The notes under the pieces were generated by a model. It did not search any database and was not told where the DNA came from. It was given only the letters and a program-made list of their open reading frames with translations. The position numbers and the translations under genes are program-made. DNA of 62,883 bases, the filler included, from Choristocarpus tenellus KU-1152 (Eukaryota; Protista; Phaeophyceae), in NCBI GenBank assembly GCA_964200185.2. It is 10 parts of 10 records of this genome, joined end to end, with 100 filler letters (N's around TTAATTAATTAA, not from the genome) between each part and the next. Parts side by side here need not be neighbours in the genome. Positions count along the whole stretch, not along the records: positions 25,498 to 29,105 come from CAXNAD020018981.1; positions 29,206 to 32,820 come from CAXNAD020018944.1; positions 32,921 to 44,880 come from CAXNAD020002047.1; 7 more parts are not named here. One strand, 5' to 3'. The first letter of the stretch is position 1. Every line of letters starts with the position of its first letter. Positions 27,690-40,012 of this stretch are shown one piece after another.

Positions 27690-28245
27690 AATACCAACCC
27701 TAACCCTAACCCTAACCAAAATAAATTGCCTACATTTCGAACACTAATACCAATCCACCAAGAGACATATTTCACCTTGCATCGAACATGTCGACATAGT
27801 TGCAATTCAGCGGCTAGCAATCATCTGAATTGATTACAGCAAATTCAACTGAACCTTTTTCCGAAATTGGAACATGGGTTGCAGTTGCATATGTTGCGAG
27901 TAATCAGTCAACTGCTCCGAAATAGAAGCAAGATCCCACGATGCAATTACACGCACCACAACATCCGTCTGTCGAGTGTGACGTGGTGACACCTTCGATA
28001 CGCACATGTAAGGGCTCCGATACCATTGGAACCTTTCCGATAAAGTTCGTATCGCGTCACAATGCGATCTCGATACAACTCGCATGATGGTATCATCACG
28101 CGCGCGTTTCTTAGTCCAAAAACCCCGCCAACCCTAAACTTAGAATTTGATCGTTTCTACCGACCAACAGAACATACCAAATTTGTACTTAGATGTACGT
28201 TCCAAAATCGACATGTACGTATCAAAACTGGTGCATTCGTGCTTT

Positions 28246-28610
28246 CACTTCTGCGGTTCAACGTAATGTTTTTCTGCTCAGGATTCTTGTTTCAAATCGA
28301 CATACACACTCCCCAACCGTCTTGCCGCGCTTTGGAAATTGATAGCCTTTACCGTTCGACAGAACACATCAAATTAAATTCATTACTAACTCTGCCATAT
28401 GTCAAGCACAAACCTGCGCATTGTTGCCCTCCCAACATCCAACCCGGGTCAGTGCATACATTTCTTTCATCTTCATCGTTCACTTTCGCGGTTCGACGTA
28501 ATGTTTTCCTGCTCAGGTTGTTCTTATTTCAAATCGACACACACACCCCCAACCGTCTTGCCGCACTTTGGAAATTGATGGCGGCCTTTACCGTTCGATA
28601 GAACACATCC
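28246..28610. repeat. Two diverged direct repeats of about 125 bp (28246-28370, 28481-28610)
   Basis: CACTT.GCGGTTC.ACGTAATGTTTT.CTGCTCAGG...CCCCAACCGTCTTGCCGC.CTTTGGAAATTGAT...CCGTTCGA.AGAACACATC occurs twice. Confidence 0.85.
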
Positions 28611-29324
28611 TCAGCGAGGAGGTACTCAATGGAGTATGAGGTTCATCATCTTATCTGTCCACCGTATTTGAGTTCGTATCAAGCCACCTCACAATAAACG
28701 CCCTGATTGCGCACATTAATGTAACCCCATAAAATCTGCAGGTGAAAAGGGACCTCGTGTTGAGGGAGGATGTGGAGGAGGGTACAAAATACCTGGACAT
28801 CGTCAAATACTCTGAGGGTGTTACCCTGAACACCAGTGACGAACACACAGGCAAGCAATTACATCATTGTACAACATCGCCATACGTGAACATCAAACAT
28901 CGTTCCCTATACCAAACACACAACCTAGACCCTCACAGATCTTACCGATGTTGGATAGTTTGACACCGTATATCATCACAGGGTTCTCTCCGATTTAATA
29001 TGTTGCGAAATTGATCGTCGAACAGATTGATTCATACTTTCGCTGTGTTGTACTGACCCAACGTATCTGGGTGGGGGGGGGGGGGGCCTACATAAGGGTG
29101 TCCATNNNNNNNNNNNNNNNNNNNNNNNNNNNNNNNNNNNNNNNNNNNNTTAATTAATTAANNNNNNNNNNNNNNNNNNNNNNNNNNNNNNNNNNNNNNN
29201 NNNNNCCCGCGCACCCTCCACCTCCCCCCCTCTCTTCTCCCCAATTCTTCTCTTGCGCTTGCTTTATTGTGCGCTGTACAATGTCATGGATGAATGTCAT
29301 GGATGAATGTCTGTTTTTCAAAAG

Positions 29325-32300
29325 GATCACACTGTTCGAATCTGGACTAGGGATCCTCAACGAGCAGCACCTTCGGAGGCGGTGGAGGCGTTTGACAGGG
29401 GAGTCAAGGAGGGACAGGCCAAGTCCGGCAAGGTGTTTACATGTACTGTGTATTTTCAACTCTGCGGCTGCTGCCAACTTTCATTCTTCAAACAGCTGCG
29501 GCCGTATCATCAGTGTTGGAGTATAATAATAACAATAATATGGAGTATCAAGTATCTGGAAGTGTGTGAAGATGTCGATGAAGCTATGTTCCCCCTCCCC
29601 CTCCCCCTCCCCCTCCCCTGTCACAGTTGCATCATTACACGCTCTGACTAAGTAGCAGTACGTAGTTTCCATATTAAAAGGACAGACAGAGAACTCTTGC
29701 TGTTTGCTGCAGTCGTGCCAGCGTTAGTATATAATAAATTTATATTGCAATAATAATAATATTAAGATCAACAAATAATAACAACAGCAAGGTTGGGAGG
29801 GGTAGGGGGATGTTGCAGGGCAAAGGATGCACCGTCCTACTGGATCAATGTAGTGTGGAGGCTGAGATACGGAATTTTCTGCAGATAGCAGCCCTTTCCA
29901 TCCTACCATACATGCCACCCTGCAATCTATAAAAACTATACAAACTATTTTCGTTCCCTGACCCTTTCAACGCACAAAAACTGCACTATCCCGGGCAATT
30001 GGTACAGTAGGGTGGTGCTCTGCAAGGCCCCCCACCCATCAACATTTTTTTAAATCTTCACCTTACTCAAGGATGTTTTTTTTCTGACAATATATACCTT
30101 GTCAAGGTTATCAGGGGTTGGAGGGGCTCCTAGTTTTTGGGGCTTTATTCCCAAGGCGGAGTGGGCTGTCCCTTACAGTCCATGATATTGTAACGAACTA
30201 GAAAGTTCTTAGTGTGTATCTCTTCAATTTTGTTGGGTATCGCTTGGTCTGAGGGCGGTGCAGGGACCGAGCTCAGGAGAGATCTCCAACCTACCACACT
30301 GGGACCAGAGGCACAGCAAGCTGGGCAGTTCTGAGGGTCAAGTGCAGGTGTTCCAGAGGGATGGGAAGGCAATAGCAGCTCAGTGGAGTGCGGCCTCGTC
30401 TGTTTGGATAGAGGTTGGAGAGGTGAACCCCCCCCCCCCCCCCCCCCCCCCCCCAGCCAAAAAAATAATACTGAGTAGAATATGTGTTTCGTGGAGGGGG
30501 NNNNNNNNNNCCCCCCTCGACAATAGAACGATTGATAATTTGAGGTGCAATTTTACGCTTGAGGAGATGTTGTTATCATCTCTTTCACAAATGATTGGCC
30601 TTATTTGAGATATTGGAGTTTCTTCTTTTTCGCCTGGTGAGCTGCACACCCGGAGCTTGATAATTTTTTTTTTATTTACAAAGACGCACAAGCATACACA
30701 TACACACACACATTAGTTGTACATACACACACACACATACATTAGTTGTACATACACACACACACATACATTAGTTGTACATACACACACACACACACAC
30801 ACAGACACACACAAGGATTATTTTTTGTATTTTGTGCTTTGGTTTGCCCTACTTTCCCAACTCGTTATAAATAATAATAAGTATTGACTGGTTTCCTTGT
30901 TTCTGAAGGTGATTGGATCAAGTGACGGAGGTCAGGTTGACGGACAGACCTACGACCATGTCTTCCCAATTGAGATCGAGGGGGTCACAGGAGAGGTGGG
31001 TTTGGAAAAGTTCGTGGCAGGCAGGCAGGCAGACAGTAAACGGTATACAAAAAAAGAAGGGGTTTTCATATACTTAGCGCAGGCGTTGAATGCAAGGATT
31101 TTTTTTTCTGTGTGGATATTTTGTGTGTAGGATACAGGTGTGTGATACAAAGGTCAATAACGATTTTTTAATTTTGGTTGTAACAGATGGTTGCAGAGTG
31201 AAAGAAACCGGAAATGTTACTCTATACGATACGCCTGTGAAAGACATACTAAAACCTGTTTCCTGTTGTTGTGAAGGTAGAAAGAAGGAGGTACCGTTGT
31301 TGTTAGTACTACATTGTAGGCGGTTGCTGGTGTCTCATTTCTTGGAACATGGGGAGTGCCAGTGAGGTGTGTGAATTGTGACCTGCTGAATGGTACCTTT
31401 GAGGTGGGTAGTGATACGGCAGTACCATGACCGGCTCTTTGTCGCCCTTGTTCGTATATCCTTTTGTCAGGGGTGTTTAAAAAAAGAAATAAAGAGCTCA
31501 CGATATCCTAATGCTTCAAGTTCAAGAAATAACACGAGCACACAAGTAGTAGTGTTTTTATTTCTTTTTTGCATTTCTGAAGTTGGCAGTTACAATGTAG
31601 TGCGTCGTCACTAAGCATGTGTGCCTAGCAAAGGGCGAGAAACTGTTGATGGTTGTATCTATTCAGTAGTCAGAACAAAATGTATCTGTCCGTAAGAAGA
31701 TCTGATCTTGCTATCTCCAGACAGAGAGGAAGCACGTTTAGTACTGAATTATTATTTTATGTTGGTAGCATGTTTTTGTTTTGTTTTGTTGCTGTTGTTG
31801 TTGCATGGTTTCTATTAAAAAAAATCTATAGGTCAAATTTAGGATTTTACTTTCGCTGAATTTTTCTGTTCCATTTTTTTTCTTTTGTGAGAAATTTCTA
31901 GAACATAGTCAATCAAGCAGAGGGCATATTGTTTTTCTTTTTACACATTTTTTTTACTTTTTTTCTGTCGGTGTGTTGGTCTGTTGGTGTGTTCCCCTCT
32001 TTCGTTCGCAATTCCAATCTTCTCTTTACATCTAACATTCCTCCTCTTCCCCCCCCACCCCACCCCACCCCACCCCACCCCACCCCCTTTCTGTTTTCTT
32101 CTGCCACTTACTGTGCATTTTATCTGGGGGGGGGGGGTGGTTCAATCGGGTGCAGGTACGTAAGTTGGAGATTGGTGTCAACAACGGGGATAACCCGTTC
32201 ATCATTGCGCAGGCGTTTATTGACAGCAATCAGCTCCCACAGTCATACCTATCCCAGATAGCAGACTACGTGACCAAGAGGATGGGGGCATCCGTTCCGA

Positions 32301-32820
32301 CACTAGGGATGGGGTGAGAGATGAGATTGGTGAGGTTGTCGGATATGGGATGAGAGACAGACTGTGCTTGCATCTTGGTGTGTGAAGGGTATGTAGTGTT
32401 TCTTGTATGAAGAGTTGGTCTCTGTGCACTGCTGGCAGTTACTATTGGATGTGTTGCAATCATGTTATGTTATGTTATGTTATGTTATGTTCCTGCTGGG
32501 GTACTCCGTATCAACGTCTTGGCTTTGTTTTTTTGCGGAAGGAAGAGCTAGGCATTTTTTTTTTTGTAAATTATCAGAGTGTAGGAATAAACATGAAAGC
32601 TATGATGAAATGAGTAGTCCCCTGCCCATGCCTTTCAGTTCTTTTTTTATTTTTGTAGGAAGAGCAAAGTTTTTTTTTATATGTAATTTTGAAGCGTATG
32701 TAAGAATAAATAGTAGTTCCCCCCCTTCCCATGCCCTCCAGTTCTGGAAGTTTCTCAGGTGTGGGTGATCCGACTGGATTTGCCACTGCTCTACCAGTGG
32801 TGCCAGGATTGGCGGGGGGG
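29325..32820 (+). CDS. PLAA: Phospholipase A2-activating protein / Doa1 (Ufd3) homolog, internal fragment; exons 29325-29432, 30264-30422, 30909-30995, 32156-32313, 32742-32820
   Basis: Last WD40 repeat DHTVRIWTRDPQRAA, then a PFU domain (AQWSAASSVWIEVGEVIG...DGQTYDHVFPIEIEG...NNGDNPFIIAQAFIDSNQLPQSYLSQIADYV) and a GDPTG linker. GT-AG phases are consistent; the gene is truncated by spacers on both sides. Confidence 0.9.
30700..30812. repeat. Compound CA microsatellite with a ~29-bp unit CATTAGTTGTACATA(CA)n x3
   Basis: Read directly within a PLAA intron. Confidence 0.9.
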
Positions 32821-32979
32821 NNNNNNNNNNNNNNNNNNNNNNNNNNNNNNNNNNNNNNNNNNNNTTAATTAATTAANNNNNNNNNNNNNNNNNNNNNNNN
32901 NNNNNNNNNNNNNNNNNNNNTGATCCCCAAATGGACGCGGCTCTACGCTCTAAGATACTTTGGCTCCAGCATCATAGGC

Positions 32980-33810
32980 CTCACATTGGACAAAGGGCCG
33001 TGACCTAGGGTCATCTCACAAAGAATGCCTGTGTACTTACAGACCACCTGTCGCAGATGAGTTCATCCACCCTGAAGGATAACGGACGGGCTCTTCAGCT
33101 TACTGGAGGGAGGACTCAAGAGTGGCACTACGCTGATATACCTCTTCCTTGGACTCCATTGCTCTTCTCCTCATGCCACACCCATTAGCACATGAATTAT
33201 TGAACCTTTTAAATCCCATGATAAATAATCTTGGGGTCATAGCTATATTCCTTGAAGAAGGGGAAACCAGTAAAAAGAACTCTGGGCCCTACTTCAACAG
33301 AGAGGTGGTGGAATTTAAAGAGTCATCCCCCAGAAGTTGCTCCATATGCTCAGTCATGTTCTGGACACTCACACTGATGCGATATGCCCATATGGATCAT
33401 AAACCTGGCTGGTCCCAGGCAAAGCAAGCCACTCCTAGGCAGACTGGAAAAGCAGCTACAGGATATGTTCAGTCGTACACCCCACAATGATAACATCGTC
33501 TATGAGGGGTAGGGCCACCATGGTCACCTTCCTGATATGCACGTGCTCGTTAGGCGTATGGAATATCAAATTGAAAGCACTGTGGTTTCGTCAATGGTGT
33601 TCACATGATCGGTCATACCTACCTCCTTCATGAATCCATCACCTGGACATGGCCAGGTGAGGCACAGACCGCCATGACGTTGTACACCTTTCTTTATCAA
33701 CCTTTCTGACCTGCTGGCGTCACCAGACCCAGTGTCCAGAGTACATTTGGATGTGAACAGCATTTGTACCTGGGCCATGTCATCCATCACAGGCACAAAT
33801 GGATTCAACA
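32980..33810 (-). mobile_element. Degenerate Gypsy-like protease/linker remnant
   Basis: KCTLDTGSG (aspartic-protease DTG) followed by LIDDVIIVG in a disrupted frame. Confidence 0.4.
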
Positions 33811-33841
33811 GGATGATTGCCCATTAATTCCACATAAATTT

Positions 33842-34024
33842 GGCTCAAAGAATCTGGGAGGGGAGGGGGGAGGGTCCATACCAGGGTGTCCATTCGGGCC
33901 CTGACCACGAAAGGTGTATTTACATTATCCATCCGACACATGCAACCAAATCACGCAAAAATCGCCACATGGAAAAAATGGGCCCCAAATGGACAGCCGC
34001 CACCTCCCCCATATACTTTGAGCC
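33842..34024 (+). mobile_element. MITE family A copy
   Basis: GGCTCAAAGAATCTGGG...ATACTTTGAGCC TIRs with inner GTGTCCATT.GGG / CCCAAATGGACA inverted arms. Confidence 0.85.
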
Positions 34025-36999
34025 ATCTAGGGCAGACCCATTACTTCGTGTTCCTTCTTAATGCTTCTGAGACTCGGGGGGAAATGGTGTGGTGTTCAGT
34101 AGTAACCATGGTCAAAAATATCAGTAATTGTAGTACTGATGTATATAGTTCCGTTGGTTTTCCCAGAAGTGCCAACCTCTCTCCAGTACTCCAAGGGCGG
34201 GAGAATAGCTTGCAATTGATGGTTGTGGGTGACTTGGCCTGCACCCAAACGGCTTGATCCTGTCACCTGTCCGGAAGAAGGTCACTTGTCTGTGTCACCA
34301 GGCTGTGTCAGCCTGGATCCCTCACCACGCTCAGAACTCACTTCCCTAGCTAGTGTACCATAATACTGTTGCCACTTGTTCCTCCTGCTGCTTTCCTGAA
34401 GTTAGGTATTGTTTCCACCGACACACACATGTCACTGACTGTAAACATGACACAAGAACGAGAAGAACCCCTCTCTAAAGAGCATTGCATGATTCACTTC
34501 TAGATTTCCCAGCTTGCACTGTATCGACAAACTCATGCCCTTTGAATGGCATGCCGTTCATAGTCCAAGACTCAACATCTTCCATAGAGTGAAATTTCTC
34601 GGCTTGTTCGAGCAGAAGGTCAAACAAAGACTGGGTACCACTTCACTTCCCCAAACACCTAGTTGCTGAATGCCGAAACCCCACGACAACTACTCGATCC
34701 ACACAAGTTGACAGCTTTTGGTGGGCTCCCTCATATTGAGACGGTAGCGGACTACTTGATTTAGGTATGGTCCTGTAAATTCTCACGATTACTTGAAGTT
34801 GACCAAGCAAGGCCCATCAAATAAGGTTGAGCATGCTGATGCGGTTACAACAAACGAATTTCCATGAAAAAAATTGTTGTTGATCAAAAGGTATGGCACG
34901 ATAAAGTTGATGTAGGAGGCGACTACCAACACTAGGGCTGCGTTTTATTAAGCCCGAGAAAGGGTTCGCAACGACGCCATTTTCTACAATCACAGAATAA
35001 AATTGCTGAAGTTATATTGTGGTGTCACTTTGTGTGTGGAAAAGAGGAATATAAATTTTTCCTACATTATAGTGTAGATCAGGAAATGAAATAGAGTATA
35101 TTGCATAGGGTAAGAAATATTACTTAGAATGGAAAAGAGATGAGACCTGTAAGCCTCTCAATTGGCTTGGCTCTCAATGGTGTTGAAATGTTCGCTCTGC
35201 TGTTGTCCTATATGATGTATATATCGGCACCTGCGCTAGATTTGAAGTAATTAATGTTATATTATGCTTGCTGAAAAATTGCAATGTGTCAGAGGGGAGG
35301 AACAAAACAAACACCAAAACAATTCAGAAACTACAAGAACTTCAGCGAGAATAGTTGGCGCTTCCAATCATACTTTCAATATAATATGTGAAGTAACTAT
35401 ACAACGATGTCAATTGTGGTATTATTTCATAGAACAAGATACTCGCACCTCACAGGTTTTTGGGATTCTCCCCTAGATCCTCGATCACCGTCCTAGGGCT
35501 AGGCTAGGACGATAACAGTGAGTACGTCTTTTTGTGTTCTATACAAATTTGTTTTAGCCTTGGTGTTTTCCCTCCCCAGAGACACATCTGCAAATTGTCA
35601 GTGGACATAATGTAATACCTACTACTACCTATGGCAGTATATCCAATATATTGTCACATAATCTCTGGAAGAATATACATATAATTAAATTTCCACTAAC
35701 ATTTTGTAGATGTGTCAAAGGAGGGAAAATATCAAATTCAAGGTTACAATTACATTTGGTAAGAGTTGTCACTTTCAAAAGACTTTAAAGAGAAATGGAC
35801 CATATAACAAGGTCCCCTTTGAGATTGGTCCCACGGAGCCATAGTTCACACACACTACTATACCTCCAGCCTAGCCCTGCAAAGGTAGGAGAGGACCGCG
35901 GGAAAAATCCCAAGAGGCAGTAAGAACACTTCATGTTCGCCGACCAGGTGCCTCTATCTTGAAACACATGACCCCTCTCGAAATAGCTACCTGTGCAGTT
36001 AGAGGTACTGTCTTAAACGGGTCTTGACAGCCCCTTTCTTACTGTATCGACAGCAACACCTTGTTGGTTCTTGAATGCTGTACAACGGGCAGTCTGGTAT
36101 CCCTCAGAATATTTACCTTGATATGCACTTAGTACCTTCAACGATTTAATATTGTTGTTAGTAGTCTGGCAATATCTGCCACTCTGTTGCATTCATTGTT
36201 TCTAGAGAGTCTCCAAATGCCATGGGAAATGTAAGAACACTGCAGGGTCCATCTTGAAGGATACTATATATTTTTAACTTTCTTCCTGCGGCTCAAAATG
36301 AACCATGTCAAGATATAGTTGAAGGTCTAAGTTCCTATGCGGGGACATGGGGGTAAGGGCTTCACTTCATTGTACCCTCCCACAGATCAAAACCATTGAT
36401 GAACGGAGGTGAGGGATTTACACTAGTCTTGTCAAGGAACCCAGAGCGAGAGAAGTGGGAGTGTGGTCTGCGCTCTATGCTTGTTGTTGTGTTCATATGT
36501 GTGTATAGGGCGAAGATCTTGCAATGATGGCACTTGATTTTTATAATGTCTGTCGGCTGCAATATGCTCCCTTTGGTGATCATAATGAACTATTGCATGC
36601 TTCCATTAGGAGTATGTGAAACTCCAGAATCATCACAGGAACAGGACGAGGGTGCTTGGCTCGAACTTATCTCCTCCATCTGATCGCACCATGACATACC
36701 AGGGCATACCTATGGCTAGGTTACTCCTGCTACTATTCCCTCTGTAATTGCACACCTCTCACAACCAGGATGGAGTACTGTAGGGTTGTCATGTGCAGAG
36801 AGTGGAGCCAGAGAAACATGGGGGACTCCATATCACATATGACCTGATTCTGGGATCCTGTCCATGTCCCAAATACACAAATTTTGATACAAGACGTATT
36901 AAAGAACGCCGTGAACAACTTGTATTCTCTTCGCGCGCACAGAATCATTATACTCAGTGCAGGTTACGAATCAAGTTTGAATTAATAATACCACACATT

Positions 37000-37250
37000 G
37001 GCTCAAATTTTCTGGGAGGGGGTGGCGGTTGTCCATTTGGGGCCAATTTTTTCATCTTGCGATTTTTGGGTGATTTGGTTACATGCATATGCATCGGATG
37101 GATAATGCAGGTGCACGTTTCCTGGTTATGGCCCAAATGGACACCCTGTTGTAGATTACTCCTCACCCCCCAATAAACATTGTTTGTTTTTTTNNNNNNN
37201 NNNGACACCCTGTTGTAGATCCCCCTCCCCCCCCCCAGATATTTTGGATC
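37000..37250 (-). mobile_element. MITE family A copy spanning a 10-N gap
   Basis: Reverse-complement match to the family A core. Confidence 0.8.
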
Positions 37251-37405
37251 ATTTTCCCATATTCCAAACAAAATGTCAATTTTTTGAGTCGTACATAAGT
37301 TTTAATTCTATTGCCCGAGTTCCCCACATTCTGGTATGTAAGCACTCCACACATGAAATCTGCGTGTGCCACTCATGTACAAGATGGATATCACTGCACA
37401 ACAAA

Positions 37406-37584
37406 GGCTCAAAGCATCTGTGGGGGGGGTGGGGGGTCTACACCAGGGTGTCCATTTGGGCCCTGACCAGGAAAAGGGCCATTACATTATTTATCCGACG
37501 CATGTAACGAAATCACCCAAAAATCGCCACATGGAAAAATGGGCCTCGAATGGACAGCCGCCACCCCCCAAAATACTTTGAGCC
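37406..37584 (+). mobile_element. MITE family A copy
   Basis: GGCTCAAAGCATCTG...AATACTTTGAGCC ends and the shared core. Confidence 0.85.
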
Positions 37585-37798
37585 AAATGTATCCGCAACA
37601 TAGTAGAGACTGATGCATATCATCAGGACAGAGAATCAACCCTTGTTTCAGTGATGCAAACCAGCTGAAGAAGCGATCTGAGGTCACTTCTGAACTAGTG
37701 TAGTGTTCGCTGTTATCCAGACGGAACAATCAACCCCTTTTGTATCCGTCAACTGCCTAACTAACCCACTCTTCAAATCGAAACATGAACTTGTCCAG

Positions 37799-38897
37799 CT
37801 CCAAGACAACGAGAAGAACAGTGTCGGGGATGCACTGGGATGGTTGTCTCTCTTCAATCCCTTTGCCTTGGATGGGCACTACTTCCTCCACCTTGAGAAT
37901 TGGGATGCAAGGCAGGTGGCCACAGCGGTTGTGAAGCTGATTTTTTCCTGCAAGGAGAGGACTAATGTGCCTCTACGAGGAATGTTTTTGTCTAGCTCCC
38001 TCAACAGCGATGTAAGTATGACCTGGGGAATGCCCTGTGTCGGGCCTATGTCTACACTAGACTTTTGGTGGTAACATCTTACTACACTGGGCAATTTGGT
38101 CCTTCCAGGTTTGCCAGGGTCAGGTTATTATTGTGACCTACCTACCCTTCAATAAACTCGAGTGAATCCCAACTTGAGATACCCTTCTTCAGAATACTCT
38201 CTCCGTTATGACACATTTTACCCTACAGAATGGGGGGCTGATGTGGTGTCTGACCAACATGAGAGCTCCTCCATCAAAGTATTACAGAAATATTACCATT
38301 TTCTCCTCTCCTTGTACTCCATCAATTGGCAGCAATCACACAAACTAAGTTCCCTGACTATTGCAGAAAGGACGTTAAGGTATGCTGCATGTGTCGAGCA
38401 CACTATCCATACTCAATTTTTATCAACCTCTTCCCTTCACCCCCTCCTCCCCATGTCATACACAATCTATATAGGATAATTTTTTGCCACCAGCATCTTG
38501 GGGACAAGGTGTGCCATCGTGTGGACTGTGGAGCTTCAAGTTGTGCTTGGCTGGGGGAAGGGATCAGGAAATTGGGGATCATCACAACGGGGCGAACGTT
38601 CAGCAAGGGTTAGGGGTATCTCCTTTGTCGCTTAGACCAGAATACAGCCTTTGCTGCGAAATAGCCTCTGAATACCTGGGTTGGCAATTTGAGAAGCAAG
38701 AGAGTGCAACAGGTGGGGTGGAGGTAATGATTTGTTCTACCTCAACAAGATCACATTTAGGAATAAAGTCTACTACTGGAGGGGGAGATGAAGATATAGT
38801 TGTAAGGCATGCAGCAAAATATGCTATGATGTTGCGGCAGCAAGCACTCTCTGCTACTCTCCAGCAGTTACGGCATGAGGCATGGGCAGACAAGTAG
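37799..38897 (+). CDS. 3' exons (37799-38011, 38475-38897) of a protein with an LGWxxLFNP..DGHYxLxL..WDxRQVA / P.SW...VP..G domain
   Basis: A phase-0 GTAAGT donor and AG acceptor join the two open frames. The motif resembles, from recall only, a C-terminal domain of protist LRR proteins. Confidence 0.6.
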
Positions 38898-40012
38898 TGC
38901 ATGAGTAGCTGTTGTCCTAGATCTTAGTCTGAGGCTTGCGTATTAATAGTATGTTTTGTGCTGTGCATCTGTCCAACTCATTGCATGTAACCTTCAAATA
39001 ATAATGCGAGTTTTAGAGCATGACATGTATGTGCGTATCAGGAGTGTCCTATTTCGATCAATCTCATATTGTATAGAAAGGTGACCATCAAGCCATACCC
39101 ACCTCTTGTCTGGGCTAAAGACGATGGCAATACATTCTATTCAGCTCTGATGGAATGAACAGCTAGTGGATCCGAAGGACTCAGACACTACTTTGCTAGC
39201 ACCTATTACTGTAGATGGGGCAGAACATTATTGACACTGACAGCATATCACCATCGATCTATAGGAAGCAAAAAAATCAGGACCACTAAGAACGTGAATA
39301 AAATATATGAGACAAGTTTCTATGGTTGCCATCCCAAGGAATAAGTAACGACTGATACATGTTAACCTAAAGTAGCGTCAAAGGAAGTCCGTCTCACCAC
39401 CACCACCACCACCATCACCACCACCACCATCACGACCACAATCACTGGATCCTGACTACTGATTTCTCGTTGTATTAATCTTTTGGGTTGTTTTTCTTCA
39501 CACCCTCTTTGATATGACCGATTTTTGGGAGTTGGTGCACCACACCTGGATTCTCTTTAATACCCTAGCAGATCCACTTTTTTTTCCTTCCCTTTTTAAC
39601 TGTTCTTCCTCTTTTTCTTTACTAATACTGTGTATTTCTCAACTACTGTGTATTGCGTTCTTCTGAGTACCTTTTTGACTATAGGTCGTGACACCTCACA
39701 TTATTGTGAAGGTCAATATGAAGGTAACTACCACTACCATCAATAATAGACAAAATATGTAATAATATACAAATCATAATAATAAATATTAACTGTAATG
39801 ATGACAATATTTATTATATTATTGAATGGTAGTATTTTTACGCTGAAAATAATAGTGATAATAGTAGGGATAATAAGGATTATATCAATATTGATGGTGA
39901 TAGTAAAATAGTAGCCATACTACTGCTAATAATAATATTGATGATGATCACAATAATCATAACAACAATGACGCATCTGGAAAATGTCAGAGGACATAGT
40001 AATATATATAAC

